This document shows, in pieces, positions 27,173-37,221 of a stretch of 64,000 bases of DNA. Source of the stretch: Thermoanaerobaculia bacterium. GTDB lineage: Bacteria; Acidobacteriota; Thermoanaerobaculia; Gp7-AA8. The position numbers and the translations under genes were made by a program. Below the pieces are notes generated by a model. It worked only from the letters and a program-made list of their open reading frames with translations. It ran no database searches and was not told where the DNA came from. Positions within the stretch are counted from its first letter, which is position 1; each line of letters starts with the position of its first letter. The stretch is taken from positions 58,505 to 122,504 of the forward strand of contig JBGTDX010000036.1 in NCBI GenBank assembly GCA_041748075.1, in the 5' to 3' direction.

Positions 27173-28015
27173 ATGGCCTGGTTCAAGAAGGAAAAGAAGC
27201 CGAAAGAGCCCGTCGAGCAACGGGCCACGATCCCGGAAGGTCTCTGGGTCAAGTGTGACGACTGCAAGGAGATCGTCTACAAGAAGGAAATCGAGGTCAA
27301 CCAGAACGTCTGTCCGAAGTGCGGCCATCACATACGCCTCTCGGCGCGCGAACGCTTCGCGCAGCTTTTCGACGACGGGGCATACAAGGAGTTTGCCGCG
27401 AACGTCAAGTCAGGAGACCCCCTGGAGTTTCGCGATACGAAGCGTTATCGGGACCGGCTCAAGGTTTACGAATCGCGGGTCGGCCGGGGGGATGCTGTAC
27501 TCTGCGCCGAGGGGAAACTCGAGACGATGCCGGTCGTGATCTGCGCCATGGAGTACGCATTCATGGGGGGGTCGATGGGCTCGGTGGTCGGCGAGAAGAT
27601 CACCCAGGCCGCCGAACGCTCGCTCGACAAGAAGATTCCTCTTCTGATTGTCTCCTGCTCCGGGGGAGCGCGAATGCAGGAGGGAATTCTCTCACTGATG
27701 CAGATGGCGAAAATTTCCGCTGCGCTCAGCCGGCTCAGCGACGCCCGGATCCCTTACATCTCGATCCTTACAGACCCGACCACTGGTGGCGTTACCGCTT
27801 CGTACGCCATGCTGGGCGATCTGAACGTCGCAGAACCGAAGGCCCTCATCGGCTTTGCCGGCCCGCGCGTGATCGAGCAGACGATACGGCAGACGCTTCC
27901 CGAAGGATTCCAGCGGTCCGAATTTCTCCTCGAGCACGGAATGGTCGACGTCATCACGCCACGCTCAGAGATGAAGCAGGTAATCGCGAAGTTTCTCCGG
28001 CACATGAGGAACTGA
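27173..28015 (+). CDS. accD: Acetyl-CoA carboxylase carboxyltransferase subunit beta
   Basis: N-terminal zinc ribbon CDDC...CPKCGHH. Carboxyltransferase domain (GGSMGSVVGEKI, GGARMQEG). Confidence 0.9.
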   Translation: MAWFKKEKKPKEPVEQRATIPEGLWVKCDDCKEIVYKKEIEVNQNVCPKCGHHIRLSARERFAQLFDDGAYKEFAANVKSGDPLEFRDTKRYRDRLKVYESRVGRGDAVLCAEGKLETMPVVICAMEYAFMGGSMGSVVGEKITQAAERSLDKKIPLLIVSCSGGARMQEGILSLMQMAKISAALSRLSDARIPYISILTDPTTGGVTASYAMLGDLNVAEPKALIGFAGPRVIEQTIRQTLPEGFQRSEFLLEHGMVDVITPRSEMKQVIAKFLRHMRN

Positions 28016-28100
28016 AGAATTCAGAATTGAGAATTCAGAATTCAGAAAAGCGCGGAACACCAGTTGGAGATCTTTTCTGAATTCTGAGTTCTCAATTCTT
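28016..28100 (+). repeat. Heptamer-repeat hairpin element (GAATTCA/GAGTTCT units) between accD and folC
   Basis: gaattcagaattgagaattcagaattcagaaaag is the reverse complement of cttttctgaattctgagttctcaattcttgattc, giving ~32-nt arms and a 21-nt loop. Confidence 0.65.
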
Positions 28101-29451
28101 GATTCTTCCAGCCATGTTCGGACTCGACGAGCAGCTTCGGTATCTCGATTCACTCCAGGCGAGCGGAATCCGGCCCGGACTCGATCGAGTGCGCGCGCTG
28201 CTCGAGCTCGCGGGCTCGCCAGAGCGTCGGTATCGCTCTGTGATCGTAGCCGGAACGAACGGCAAGGGCTCCACCGCTGCGATGCTCTCCGCCATTCTCA
28301 CGGCATCGGGTTACCGCACCGGCCTCTACACATCACCGCATCTTGTCGACATCCGGGAGCGCTGGATGATCGGGGGCGAACCGGTCAGCTCCGGTATCCT
28401 GCTCACCGCGATTGCGCGGCTCCGGGAAGCCGATGAGCGATGCGACTTTACTCCGACATACTTCGAGGCGCTGACCCTCGTTGCCTTCATCGCATTCGAG
28501 CTCGCCGGTTGTGACGTCGCGGTGCTCGAAGTCGGAATGGGCGGACGGCTGGATGCTACCAATGTCGTGGAGCCCCTCGCATCGGTGATCACGCCACTCG
28601 GCATGGATCACACGGAATATCTGGGAGCAACGATCGAGGAGATTGCGTCGGAGAAAGCCGGCATCATCCACAGGGGCTCGATTGCGATCACGTCCAATCG
28701 CGATCCCCGAGTCCTGTCCATCCTCAGTGATCGGGCCCGCGACGTCGGCGCACTGTTGCACCGCACGGCGGAAGAGGCAGTCATCACCAACGTGAGCTCG
28801 CGGATTGACGGGGTGCGGTTCGACCTCCGGACTCCTGTCGCCGGATACTCTCTCGAGAGTCCTCTGCCAGGTGATCATCAGGTGAACAACGTTGCACTGG
28901 CAGTGCGGGCGGCCGAGCTTCTTGCTCCATCACTGACGTCGATCGGCGTCTCATCGATCGAGCAGGGTGTGGCATCCGTTCAGTGGAGAGGCCGGCTCGA
29001 ACTGTTTCACCACGGCGATAAACTCGTCGTCGTCGACGGGGGACACAACTCGCATGCAGCGACTGCCATCGCCACGTTCATCAGTGCGCACCTGCCGCCG
29101 CCGCGCACCCTGGTGTTTGGCATCATGAGCGACAAGGATGTCGAGCCGACCGCGGCGGTCCTCTTCCCAATGTTCCAACGCATCGTGGTCACCAGACCCG
29201 ATCCCGATCGGGCGGTGTCGCTCGTCGCACTTTCAGAAGTCGCCCGACGCATCGGCCTCGACGTGGAAGGAATCGAGGCGCCCGAGGATGCCATCGCTCA
29301 CGCGCTGTCGCTCGAGCCGACGGCTGTGGTGATCTGCGGTTCGCTGTATCTTGCCGGGGCGGCAGTGGCCTTTTTTGACCGTAGAGCGACGACGAGGGAT
29401 GCGAGGACGAGTGCCATCGACAGAAACCATGACAGCGCGACGAGCGTGTGA
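28099..29451 (+). CDS. folC: Bifunctional folylpolyglutamate synthase / dihydrofolate synthase
   Basis: Mur-ligase P-loop VAGTNGKGST plus later folC motifs. Conserved accD-folC neighbourhood. The 3' ~150 nt overlaps the convergent gene. Confidence 0.85.
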   Translation: MILPAMFGLDEQLRYLDSLQASGIRPGLDRVRALLELAGSPERRYRSVIVAGTNGKGSTAAMLSAILTASGYRTGLYTSPHLVDIRERWMIGGEPVSSGILLTAIARLREADERCDFTPTYFEALTLVAFIAFELAGCDVAVLEVGMGGRLDATNVVEPLASVITPLGMDHTEYLGATIEEIASEKAGIIHRGSIAITSNRDPRVLSILSDRARDVGALLHRTAEEAVITNVSSRIDGVRFDLRTPVAGYSLESPLPGDHQVNNVALAVRAAELLAPSLTSIGVSSIEQGVASVQWRGRLELFHHGDKLVVVDGGHNSHAATAIATFISAHLPPPRTLVFGIMSDKDVEPTAAVLFPMFQRIVVTRPDPDRAVSLVALSEVARRIGLDVEGIEAPEDAIAHALSLEPTAVVICGSLYLAGAAVAFFDRRATTRDARTSAIDRNHDSATSV

Positions 29452-31586
29452 CGCCTTCCGAACTGCAGGACGATGTCCGTGCTTCCCGCCGGGACGATGA
29501 CACCGAGGCGATCGAGGTTCAGAGGAACCGTTTCAAGTCGTTGCCCGCCATTGCTTGCGGACCAGGCCGAGAAGTAGCTCTGGTTAATGAGAAGGAGGCC
29601 CGCTTCCGGTGCGTCCACTTCGATGAGGACCTTCTGCCCTGCAAGTGCAACCTTGTTCACCGTGACCGCTCCCGTCGGGATTTTCCGGCCGAGCGGACCG
29701 ACGGTCTGCTTCCGCTCGTCGAAGCCCGGATGTTCGATGGTCCGGACGGCCTGTTGGATCGAGCCAACGGGCGCCAGCCCGCGGACGGGGAAAACCATGG
29801 GCAGAGGATCGGCTACCCGATACGCGTGCAGCTCGTTTCCGTTCACCTGAATGCTGCCGAGCCTCGCCATTCCGGGGCTCGCCGCGGGACTACGGGTGAG
29901 CACTGTTCGCGTGCCGGTGAGCCTGAGATAACGGGATTGGAGCCATGCGGGCGCCGCGCTCATCCGCTCGTTTACGATGCGCGAGAGGCCGGAATACATG
30001 CCGTCCGGTGAGCGGTCGAATGTGTAAGCGACGCCGAACGAGGTGCCGAAGAGAGGATCGAGCATCGCCGCAGCGATCCGGTATCGGGCCCGCGCATGGG
30101 GCTCTGCCAGCTCGAGCGGTTCGGTACCGACCGTGCGCCAGACGGGTGAGGCGACGGCGGCGAGCAGTGCCGGCTCTTCGCGATAGTGACGGGCAAAGTC
30201 GACCGGTGCGGCACGCGCTGCCCAGTAGGCGAGCAGGGGAAACGTCAGCAGCAGCACGGCAAGATTGCGTCGCGTCGGTGAACGAAGCTGCGCGGCGAAG
30301 AGCGTTGCCGCAGCGATCGCTGTTCCAGCGATGGTGCGGAGCTGTAAAGGCGGCGGAACAACCTGGCCAATCAGGGCAGCAACCAGAACGACGAGCAGCA
30401 ACGCGCCGGCCGTCCGCAACAGAACGATTTCTCTTTTTCTCAGATCCGTCGTGGCCAGCCATATCGAGATCAGCAGCACGATCAATATCGTGATGTGCAG
30501 CGAGAGCTTTTCGGGATAGCGCAGCGCCCGGAACAGCTCGAAACGCTCCACCAGCCAGTTCATGATCGGATTGAATCTGCCCAGGGCGATGAAGAGCAGA
30601 GCTCCGGCGGCAGCTTTGAGCCGCATGCGGGGTGCGCCGCCGGCGATGAGCGACGCCGCGGCGATGCCGCCGATCAGGAGTGACGGAAAAAACGGCGGCC
30701 AGCCGCCTGCGCGCCCTCCTGTCCTGTAGCCGGTCTCACCGTAGTCGAGCGCGAGTCCCAGGTATGGACCGATGAGCATCTCCAGCAGCCTCTCTGGCCG
30801 CAGAGAAGCTGCGAGTACGGTGCGTGCGGAATACGTATGCATTCCACGTTCGACCTCGCCTGCGATTTCGCCATAGGAGATGAAGAGAGGCGAGGCGATG
30901 GCGCAGGCGACCAGGGCCGCGAGGGCCACCTGCCGCAGGCCAGCCCACGTGAGCCGGCCCGCGCCCAGTATCAGAACGATGATTGCAGTTCCGAATATCG
31001 TCACGGGCTCGGTGCCCAGCGCGAGTAATCCGCACGAAGCTCCCAGAAGAAGCCCGCTTCGCAGGGTCGGTGCGGCAAGCAGCTGTTCCGCCGTGAGCAG
31101 GACCAGAGGAACCAGAGCCAGCGCGGTCACGAAGTTGTAGAACGCGAGGCAGGACATCGCGACGCCGCTGAGCAGATAGATCCCTGATGCGATGCCTGCG
31201 TTCGTCTGCGTGGCACCGAACAGGCGGGCGAGTGCGCGCATCGTGAAGAACGCTGCCACCAGATGCAGGAGAAAGTGAAGATTGAATGCGACCATGGGCG
31301 AGAAAATCAGATAGAGCAGGTTGTCCGGGTAGAACGTGAGCGTGTTCGGATTGCCGGCGAGCGGCTGGCCTCCCCCCGCGGCGAAGTTCCAGAACGGAAT
31401 GTCTCCGCCGCGCATCACAGCCGCCGAATAAACCTTCACTGGGTAATGCGTCGAAAAGTTGTCCCGGAAGTAAAAGAAGAGGGTAGAACTGCAGAGTCCG
31501 ATCGCGATCGCGACGATGGTGAATCGCAGAGCTGGCACCGGAAGGCGCGTCGACACACCGGCATTATCACCTGTGGCCGCGCGCAT
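29298..31586 (-). CDS. YfhO-like polytopic membrane protein (GT-C-type glycosyltransferase, paralog 1)
   Basis: ~13 predicted TM helices N-terminally then a large extracytoplasmic C-terminal domain. Shares the motif FYPDNLLYLIF with paralogs at 38.2 kb (FYPPQWLVLL) and 45.9 kb (FYPPALVFLL). Confidence 0.65.
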   Translation of the reverse strand: MRAATGDNAGVSTRLPVPALRFTIVAIAIGLCSSTLFFYFRDNFSTHYPVKVYSAAVMRGGDIPFWNFAAGGGQPLAGNPNTLTFYPDNLLYLIFSPMVAFNLHFLLHLVAAFFTMRALARLFGATQTNAGIASGIYLLSGVAMSCLAFYNFVTALALVPLVLLTAEQLLAAPTLRSGLLLGASCGLLALGTEPVTIFGTAIIVLILGAGRLTWAGLRQVALAALVACAIASPLFISYGEIAGEVERGMHTYSARTVLAASLRPERLLEMLIGPYLGLALDYGETGYRTGGRAGGWPPFFPSLLIGGIAAASLIAGGAPRMRLKAAAGALLFIALGRFNPIMNWLVERFELFRALRYPEKLSLHITILIVLLISIWLATTDLRKREIVLLRTAGALLLVVLVAALIGQVVPPPLQLRTIAGTAIAAATLFAAQLRSPTRRNLAVLLLTFPLLAYWAARAAPVDFARHYREEPALLAAVASPVWRTVGTEPLELAEPHARARYRIAAAMLDPLFGTSFGVAYTFDRSPDGMYSGLSRIVNERMSAAPAWLQSRYLRLTGTRTVLTRSPAASPGMARLGSIQVNGNELHAYRVADPLPMVFPVRGLAPVGSIQQAVRTIEHPGFDERKQTVGPLGRKIPTGAVTVNKVALAGQKVLIEVDAPEAGLLLINQSYFSAWSASNGGQRLETVPLNLDRLGVIVPAGSTDIVLQFGRRHTLVALSWFLSMALVLASLVVALRSKKATAAPARYSEPQITTAVGSSDSA

Positions 31587-31649
31587 GGGCTCGTTTTAGG
31601 TCCGCGGCCGGTCCGAATGAAGGAATCTGGCGCCGGCGGTTCGCACCTC

Positions 31650-31684
31650 GTTCTGCATTCTGTATTCTCAATTCTGAATTCTCC
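31650..31684 (+). repeat. Degenerate heptamer tandem repeat (GTTCTGC/ATTCTGT/ATTCTCA/ATTCTGA) upstream of glyA
   Basis: Read directly; same periodicity and core (TTCTG) as the other elements. Confidence 0.45.
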
Positions 31685-31724
31685 ACCCATGTCGTAAGAT
31701 CACTCTGGCGCTCCGGGCGGGCGC

Positions 31725-33017
31725 ATGGAGAACAGGAACATGTCGAAGGTTGAATCTTCCTCGGCTACCGGGCACGACTTTCTGGAACGTGAGCTGCTCG
31801 CCGCCGATCCCGAGATCGCGAACGCGATCGCCCTGGAAACGAAACGCCAGAATGAAACGCTCGAGCTGATCGCCTCGGAGAACCACGTTTCGAAGCCCGT
31901 CCTGACCGCTGCGGGCTCGGTCTTCACGAACAAGTACGCGGAAGGGTATCCGGGAAAACGCTACTACGGCGGGTGCGGTCCCACGGACATCGTCGAGACC
32001 ATCGCCATCGAAAGAGCCAGGGAGCTCTTCGGCGCCGAGCACGCGAATGTGCAGCCCCACTCCGGCTCCCAGGCGAACATGTCGGTCTACTTCGCGATGC
32101 TCAAGCCGGGCGACGTAATCATGGGGATGGACCTGTCCCACGGCGGGCATCTCACGCATGGGCATCCTCTTTCGTACAGTGGCCGGGACTTCAAGGTCGT
32201 AGCGTATGGCGTGAAGAAGGACACCGAGACGATCGACTACGATCAGATGCAAAGACTCGCGGAAGAAAACCGGCCGCGGATGATCATCTGCGGAGCTTCC
32301 GCCTACTCCCGTGTCATCGACTTCGGCCGGATCCGGCAGATTGCGGACAGCGTAGGCGCTCTGATGATGGCCGACATCGCGCACATCGCGGGCCTGGTCG
32401 TCGCGGGCGAGCACCCTTCGCCCGTTCCCCATGCCGACTTCGTCACGACGACGACGCACAAGACGCTCCGGGGTCCACGTTCAGGCCTGGTTCTCTGCAA
32501 GGAGAAGTTTGCAAAGGAGCTCGACCGCGCCGTCTTTCCCGGAGTGCAGGGAGGCCCGCTTGTTCACATCATAGCGGCGAAGGCGGTCGCGTTTCGCGAA
32601 GCGCTCACCGACGAGTTCCGTGAGTATCAGCGTCAGATCGTTCGCAACGCCAAAGTGCTGGCGCAGACGGTCGCGGATGCAGACTTCCGTATCGTGTCCG
32701 GCGGGACGGACAACCATCTTTTCCTCACCGATGTCTTCTCGAAGCAGATCACCGGGAAGGAAGGGGAGAAGATGATGGAGGATGCCGGTATCACAGTGAA
32801 CAAGAACACGATCCCGTTCGATCAGAACAAGCCGATGATCGCTTCGGGACTCCGGATAGGGACCCCGGCCGTTACGACTCGAGGGATGCGGGAAGAGGAA
32901 ATGAAGGAGATCGGCGGTCTGATCGCGCGTGTGCTCGATTCGAAAGGGGCGCCGGATGTCCTGGAGAGCGTGCACGATGAAGTGCTCGCACTCTGCAGGC
33001 GGTTCCCGATCTATTAG
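31725..33017 (+). CDS. glyA: Serine hydroxymethyltransferase
   Basis: [14 protein letters not shown]-lysine region [14 protein letters not shown]. Full-length match to GlyA. Start could be the second ATG at 31740. Confidence 0.95.
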   Translation: MENRNMSKVESSSATGHDFLERELLAADPEIANAIALETKRQNETLELIASENHVSKPVLTAAGSVFTNKYAEGYPGKRYYGGCGPTDIVETIAIERARELFGAEHANVQPHSGSQANMSVYFAMLKPGDVIMGMDLSHGGHLTHGHPLSYSGRDFKVVAYGVKKDTETIDYDQMQRLAEENRPRMIICGASAYSRVIDFGRIRQIADSVGALMMADIAHIAGLVVAGEHPSPVPHADFVTTTTHKTLRGPRSGLVLCKEKFAKELDRAVFPGVQGGPLVHIIAAKAVAFREALTDEFREYQRQIVRNAKVLAQTVADADFRIVSGGTDNHLFLTDVFSKQITGKEGEKMMEDAGITVNKNTIPFDQNKPMIASGLRIGTPAVTTRGMREEEMKEIGGLIARVLDSKGAPDVLESVHDEVLALCRRFPIY

Positions 33018-33230
33018 CGTTCCCTGCGAAGTAGGCTCGTAGCCGAAGCCGTCGTAGGTTGCGGTCGTACGTCGCCGGTTGGGGAACGTAGCCCGCTCGA
33101 TGCGCGAGATCACCGCGGAGGCTACGTTCCGATTGGGAAACGGAAACGGAACCGGCCACAGTGACGGCTGCGGCGCGCCCTCCGCCCCCCTCACCGCTCT
33201 CATCCTCACCCATGTGCGAAAATGGCCGTA

Positions 33231-33917
33231 ATGCCGAAAAAGAAGGCGCCGTACTATCCGATCTATCTCGACATCGAAGATCGTGATGTGCTGATCGTCG
33301 GAGGCGGCGGGGTCTGCGCGCGGAAGGCGGCCGTTCTGCTTCGGTACGGAGCCCGGGTCACTGTCGTCAGCCCCGTAGTCGCCGAGGAGGTTCGGCGGAT
33401 GGCAGACGCAGGGCAGATCGTGCTGCTGGAAAAAAGCTACGAGCCGGACGACCTCGCCGGCAGCACGCTCGTGATCGCCTCGACCGATGATGCCTGTGTC
33501 AATGCCCGCGTGGCGCGCGATTCCAGGCGGATGCGCATTCCGGTGAATGTCGTTGACGTGACCCATCTCTGCGATTTCATCGTGCCCTCGGTCGTCGAGC
33601 AGGGATCGGTCCAGATTGCAGTTTCCACCAGCGGAAAATCGCCCGCGCTCGCAAGGGAGCTGCGGGCAGCGATCGAAGCGTCGATTGGCCCCGAGTGGAG
33701 TGAGGTCAACGACCTCCTGGGCCGCCTCCGTCCGATCGCGAAGAAGGCGCTCGCCTCGGACCGCGATCGGAAGGAACTGTTCGACTCGATCCTGAACTCC
33801 GGCGTGGTCAATCTGATCCGCGATGGCAGGCGCGACCAGGCCATCGAGCGGATCGCCGCCCTCTGCCGCGAGCGGGGAGTGCCTACCGCGGAGCTCCTGC
33901 CGCCCATCCCGGACTGA
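33231..33917 (+). CDS. Siroheme synthase N-terminal-domain protein (precorrin-2 dehydrogenase / sirohydrochlorin ferrochelatase, SirC/Met8-like)
   Basis: NAD-binding VLIVGGGGVCARKAAVLLRYGARVTVVSP and overall CysG N-domain layout. No uroporphyrinogen methyltransferase domain. Confidence 0.7.
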   Translation: MPKKKAPYYPIYLDIEDRDVLIVGGGGVCARKAAVLLRYGARVTVVSPVVAEEVRRMADAGQIVLLEKSYEPDDLAGSTLVIASTDDACVNARVARDSRRMRIPVNVVDVTHLCDFIVPSVVEQGSVQIAVSTSGKSPALARELRAAIEASIGPEWSEVNDLLGRLRPIAKKALASDRDRKELFDSILNSGVVNLIRDGRRDQAIERIAALCRERGVPTAELLPPIPD

Positions 33918-33920
33918 GGT

Positions 33921-35618
33921 ATGCGAAGCGATCGCAAGGCACTTCTCCTGGTGGTCGCGGTATGGGCCATCAGCACGGGACTCTGGCTCAACCCCGGAAT
34001 AACGAAGCCGGATGGAGTCGGCTATTACGTGTATCTCCCATCGCTCCGGATCGACGGCGACCTGCTGTTCTTCAATGAATGGGATCGCTTCGGGATGATC
34101 GACCGGGGAGTGATTCTCCACAAAGAGGTCACCGCGACGGATCATCTCGGCAACCACTGGACGATCGGGAGTGCGCTCTACTGGTTGCCCTCGTTCCTGT
34201 TCGCTGATCTTCTGCGGACGATTCCGGCGCTTGCGCTGTTTCCGCCCGACGGGGTCTCTCTTCCGTACAACGTGGCAGTTGGCTTCGCAAGCGCGGTTGC
34301 CGGACTGCTGACACTCCTGATGGGATTCCGCGTTGCACGGGAGTTCGTGCCGGTATTTCCCGCTGCTCTCGCAACGATGGGGCTCTGGTTCGGATCGCCG
34401 CTGCTTTTTTATTCAGTGAGGAATCCGATTCTCGGGCATGCGACGTCCGCATTTGCGTGCGGGCTTGTGTTGCTGCTCAGCCTCCGGCTGCGAGTCGAAC
34501 GGGCAGCGTTCTGCTGGTTTGCTACGGGGCTTGCGGCCGGTTTCGCATTCGCGGTGCGCCCGCAGAACGGAACGTTTCTTCTGATGCCATTCGTGATCGC
34601 GGCGGGCTCCGAACGCCCGCCTCTTCAGCGGATCGGTCTGGTTCTCAGCGGCTTCGCCGTGGCCGCATTGCCGCAGGTGATCGTCAGTTTCGTGCTCTAC
34701 GGTACTCCGTACGGATTTCTCACGGGTGGCGGCGCGGCAAAGCCCTTCGCCGCGTTCGAACGGATATGGATCTGGGAGCCGATCCTCTCCTGGTACCACG
34801 GTCTGATTCCATGGAGCCCCATCATTGCGCTGGGGCTCGCGGGGCTCATCCTGCTCTGGCGACGCGACCGGCTGCTGGCAGCCGCGGGGCTTTACGCGTT
34901 CGCTTCGCAGTGGTTCGTCAACGCGACCCTCGAGCGATCGTTCTGGGGTGCGCATGCGTTCGGTCAGCGACGGTTCGACAACTGCACGATCTTCTTTCTG
35001 CTCGGCGCCGCAGTGCTTCTCTCCCGATGGCCGCGCGCAGTGCAGGTGAGCATCGTGGCAGCGACCTCTGTCTGGACGATGTCGATATTCTTCGCGGCGA
35101 TGGGGCCTCTCGATCTCGGTGCGTACTACACGCCGGCTGAGCTGGCTGCCCTGCAGTGGGCGTCCCTTTCGAGTGTAGCCGGCTACCTGAAGCCGTTCGC
35201 CTCGGTTCCTCAGGCGATGAAGGGGATTGTCGCGCTTGTCTGCCTCTGCCTCTGTGCTGCATGGGTCGCAGCGGGCGTTCTGCTGTGGCGCTTCCGAAAA
35301 AACGGCGTTGCGCCGATTGCCGTCTTCGCCGCGGTTTACTTCCTCGTCATGAGCGGTGTCCTCGCATTCGCGGGAAGCACGGGACGAAGCCGGCTGATTC
35401 ACATGCAGTCGCTGATCGGCTTCAACCGGACGGTCAGCGCAGCGCTTGGCGGAGCCGACGCACGGACCGGTCTTCTGGCGGACGAAGCGAGGTACCTCAG
35501 AAAGGCGGGTCGCATCGAGGAAGCTGAGGCAACTGAAATGGAGTTGGCCGCGCTCGAACGCGCGCGGCGCGCCGGCATCGAGCGGCTGCGCGCGATGGCA
35601 GAGGAGGAGCGAAGGTGA
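33921..35618 (+). CDS. Polytopic membrane protein, putative GT-C-type glycosyltransferase with C-terminal coiled-coil/TPR-like tail
   Basis: More than 10 TM helices with a first extracytoplasmic loop rich in Asp/Tyr (PDGVGYYVYLPSLRIDGD). 4-nt overlap with the next gene. Confidence 0.5.
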   Translation: MRSDRKALLLVVAVWAISTGLWLNPGITKPDGVGYYVYLPSLRIDGDLLFFNEWDRFGMIDRGVILHKEVTATDHLGNHWTIGSALYWLPSFLFADLLRTIPALALFPPDGVSLPYNVAVGFASAVAGLLTLLMGFRVAREFVPVFPAALATMGLWFGSPLLFYSVRNPILGHATSAFACGLVLLLSLRLRVERAAFCWFATGLAAGFAFAVRPQNGTFLLMPFVIAAGSERPPLQRIGLVLSGFAVAALPQVIVSFVLYGTPYGFLTGGGAAKPFAAFERIWIWEPILSWYHGLIPWSPIIALGLAGLILLWRRDRLLAAAGLYAFASQWFVNATLERSFWGAHAFGQRRFDNCTIFFLLGAAVLLSRWPRAVQVSIVAATSVWTMSIFFAAMGPLDLGAYYTPAELAALQWASLSSVAGYLKPFASVPQAMKGIVALVCLCLCAAWVAAGVLLWRFRKNGVAPIAVFAAVYFLVMSGVLAFAGSTGRSRLIHMQSLIGFNRTVSAALGGADARTGLLADEARYLRKAGRIEEAEATEMELAALERARRAGIERLRAMAEEERR

Positions 35619-37180
35619 CGCGGTCCCGACTCGTGCTCGCCGCATGGCTGATGCTGGCACTTCTGCTCGTGCCGGTCTTCCCGCACTTCATTTCTCCGAA
35701 CGAATTCAGCCGCTGGGCGGTTGCCGCCGCCGTCGTGGAGCAGCGAACCATCGAAGTCTCGACGCTCTTGCCCATCCTCGGCTCACGACTCGAAGATCTC
35801 TCGGAGGTCGATGGACGGATTTACTCCAACAAAGCGCCCGGAGGGGTTCTCGTCGCCCTGCCGGGGTACCTCGCCGCCCGCGTGATCGCCGGGCCGCCAT
35901 CCGCGAGCTCGCTGCGGCCCGTTGTCTACGCGATGCGATGGGCGGGGTCGACCCTGCCTCTGCTGGTGCTGGCCGTAGTCATGGTGAGGCTCGCCCGCCG
36001 CTCCGGTGCGAGCGAAGACGCCGGCGCCTTTCTTCTGCTCTCCATGTTGTTCGGCACCATTTGTTTCACGTATGGCCTCCTTCTCTTTTCGCACGCGCTC
36101 ATCGCCGCGGCCCTGTTTCTCGCGTGGGTGCTGTTGTACACACGAAAGGCTGGCGGCGTCGGAGGCGATTATGCAGCCGGTGCCCTCGTGGGGCTCGCCG
36201 TACTCTCGGAGTATCCGGCCGCAGTTCCTGCCGCGGTTCTGGTGCTCGGTTCGTTTCGCCGTCACGATCCCTCCAGGCTCGTTCGAATCCTGCTCGGCGG
36301 CGCGCCATTCGCAATCATGCTGGCTGCGTACAACACAGCAGCCTTCGGTGGGCCGTTCCATCTCTCGTCGGGATATGAGCGTGCAGGTGAGTTCCGGGAG
36401 CTCGCGGGCTCCGGCCTCTTTGGAATCGGGCTGCCTTCTCCCGCGATCCTGCTGCGGCTGCTCTTTGACCCATCGAAGGGACTGCTGCTGTTTTCACCTC
36501 TGCTTCTTCTCGCGCCGATGGGATGGAAGCCTCTGCGCGCCGCCCTGGGCCGGCGCGCTTTGTTCACCCTGGTTGCTGCGCCGCTGTCGATCCTGCTTCT
36601 TTATTCGGGATATCCGAACTGGCACGGAGGCTGGACCGTCGGTCCGCGCTATCTTGTAGCGGCGTTACCATTTCTCTGTTTTCCGCTTGCATTCGTCTGG
36701 CGGGGGCGACTCGCCGCCTGCCTTGCTGGATACTCCGTGACGGCAGTTGTGGTCACGTCTCTGGTGTTTCCCTTCGTGCCGCCGGCGTTTCCTTTCCCCT
36801 GGGGATCGTTCGCGTTTCCTCTCATGCGTGACGGTCTGATCACGCCGAATGCTCTGCATTTCGTTTCTAGCGGGCTCGCGGTGATCGTTCCGGTGCTCGT
36901 GGTGATGATCGCACTGGTCGCGGTTTTCAGGAGCCGGGAGCTGCTGTTTGTAGCGGCGGGGATTCTTTTCGCGATGGCCATCGGCCATGTCGCCGAGCGT
37001 CATGTCGATCGATCGATCGGTGTGAGGATTCAGAGAGGTTACGTAGCGGAAGTCTACTTCCTGGATCGGGGTGCGCTGCCGGAGAGCGCCGGGCCGGGTG
37101 TGCCCCTTCCCGCCAGGCTCATCGAACGGTTGCGTTATGAAATGACGTTGCCGCCGACATCGTGGCCTTTCGAGGACTGA
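35615..37180 (+). CDS. Polytopic membrane protein, putative GT-C (ArnT/PMT-like) glycosyltransferase
   Basis: 12+ TM helices and N-terminal layout reminiscent of the PMT_2 family. Translationally coupled to the upstream GT-C-like gene. Confidence 0.55.
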   Translation: MTRSRLVLAAWLMLALLLVPVFPHFISPNEFSRWAVAAAVVEQRTIEVSTLLPILGSRLEDLSEVDGRIYSNKAPGGVLVALPGYLAARVIAGPPSASSLRPVVYAMRWAGSTLPLLVLAVVMVRLARRSGASEDAGAFLLLSMLFGTICFTYGLLLFSHALIAAALFLAWVLLYTRKAGGVGGDYAAGALVGLAVLSEYPAAVPAAVLVLGSFRRHDPSRLVRILLGGAPFAIMLAAYNTAAFGGPFHLSSGYERAGEFRELAGSGLFGIGLPSPAILLRLLFDPSKGLLLFSPLLLLAPMGWKPLRAALGRRALFTLVAAPLSILLLYSGYPNWHGGWTVGPRYLVAALPFLCFPLAFVWRGRLAACLAGYSVTAVVVTSLVFPFVPPAFPFPWGSFAFPLMRDGLITPNALHFVSSGLAVIVPVLVVMIALVAVFRSRELLFVAAGILFAMAIGHVAERHVDRSIGVRIQRGYVAEVYFLDRGALPESAGPGVPLPARLIERLRYEMTLPPTSWPFED

Positions 37181-37221
37181 GCCGAGGGCTTCCGGCAGAA
37201 TCGCCGCGCACGTTCGTTCCG

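Noticed and set aside
28016-28100. Heptamer repeat arrays as CRISPR arrays
   Set aside because: The repeats are 7 nt and directly abutting or inverted, with no unique spacers of regular length. No cas genes are present.
32481-34157. 558-aa ORF on the minus strand
   Set aside because: Entirely antisense to glyA and the sirC-like gene, both of which have strong family-level sequence signatures. Composition is Arg/Asp/His-rich, typical of spurious antisense ORFs in high-GC DNA.
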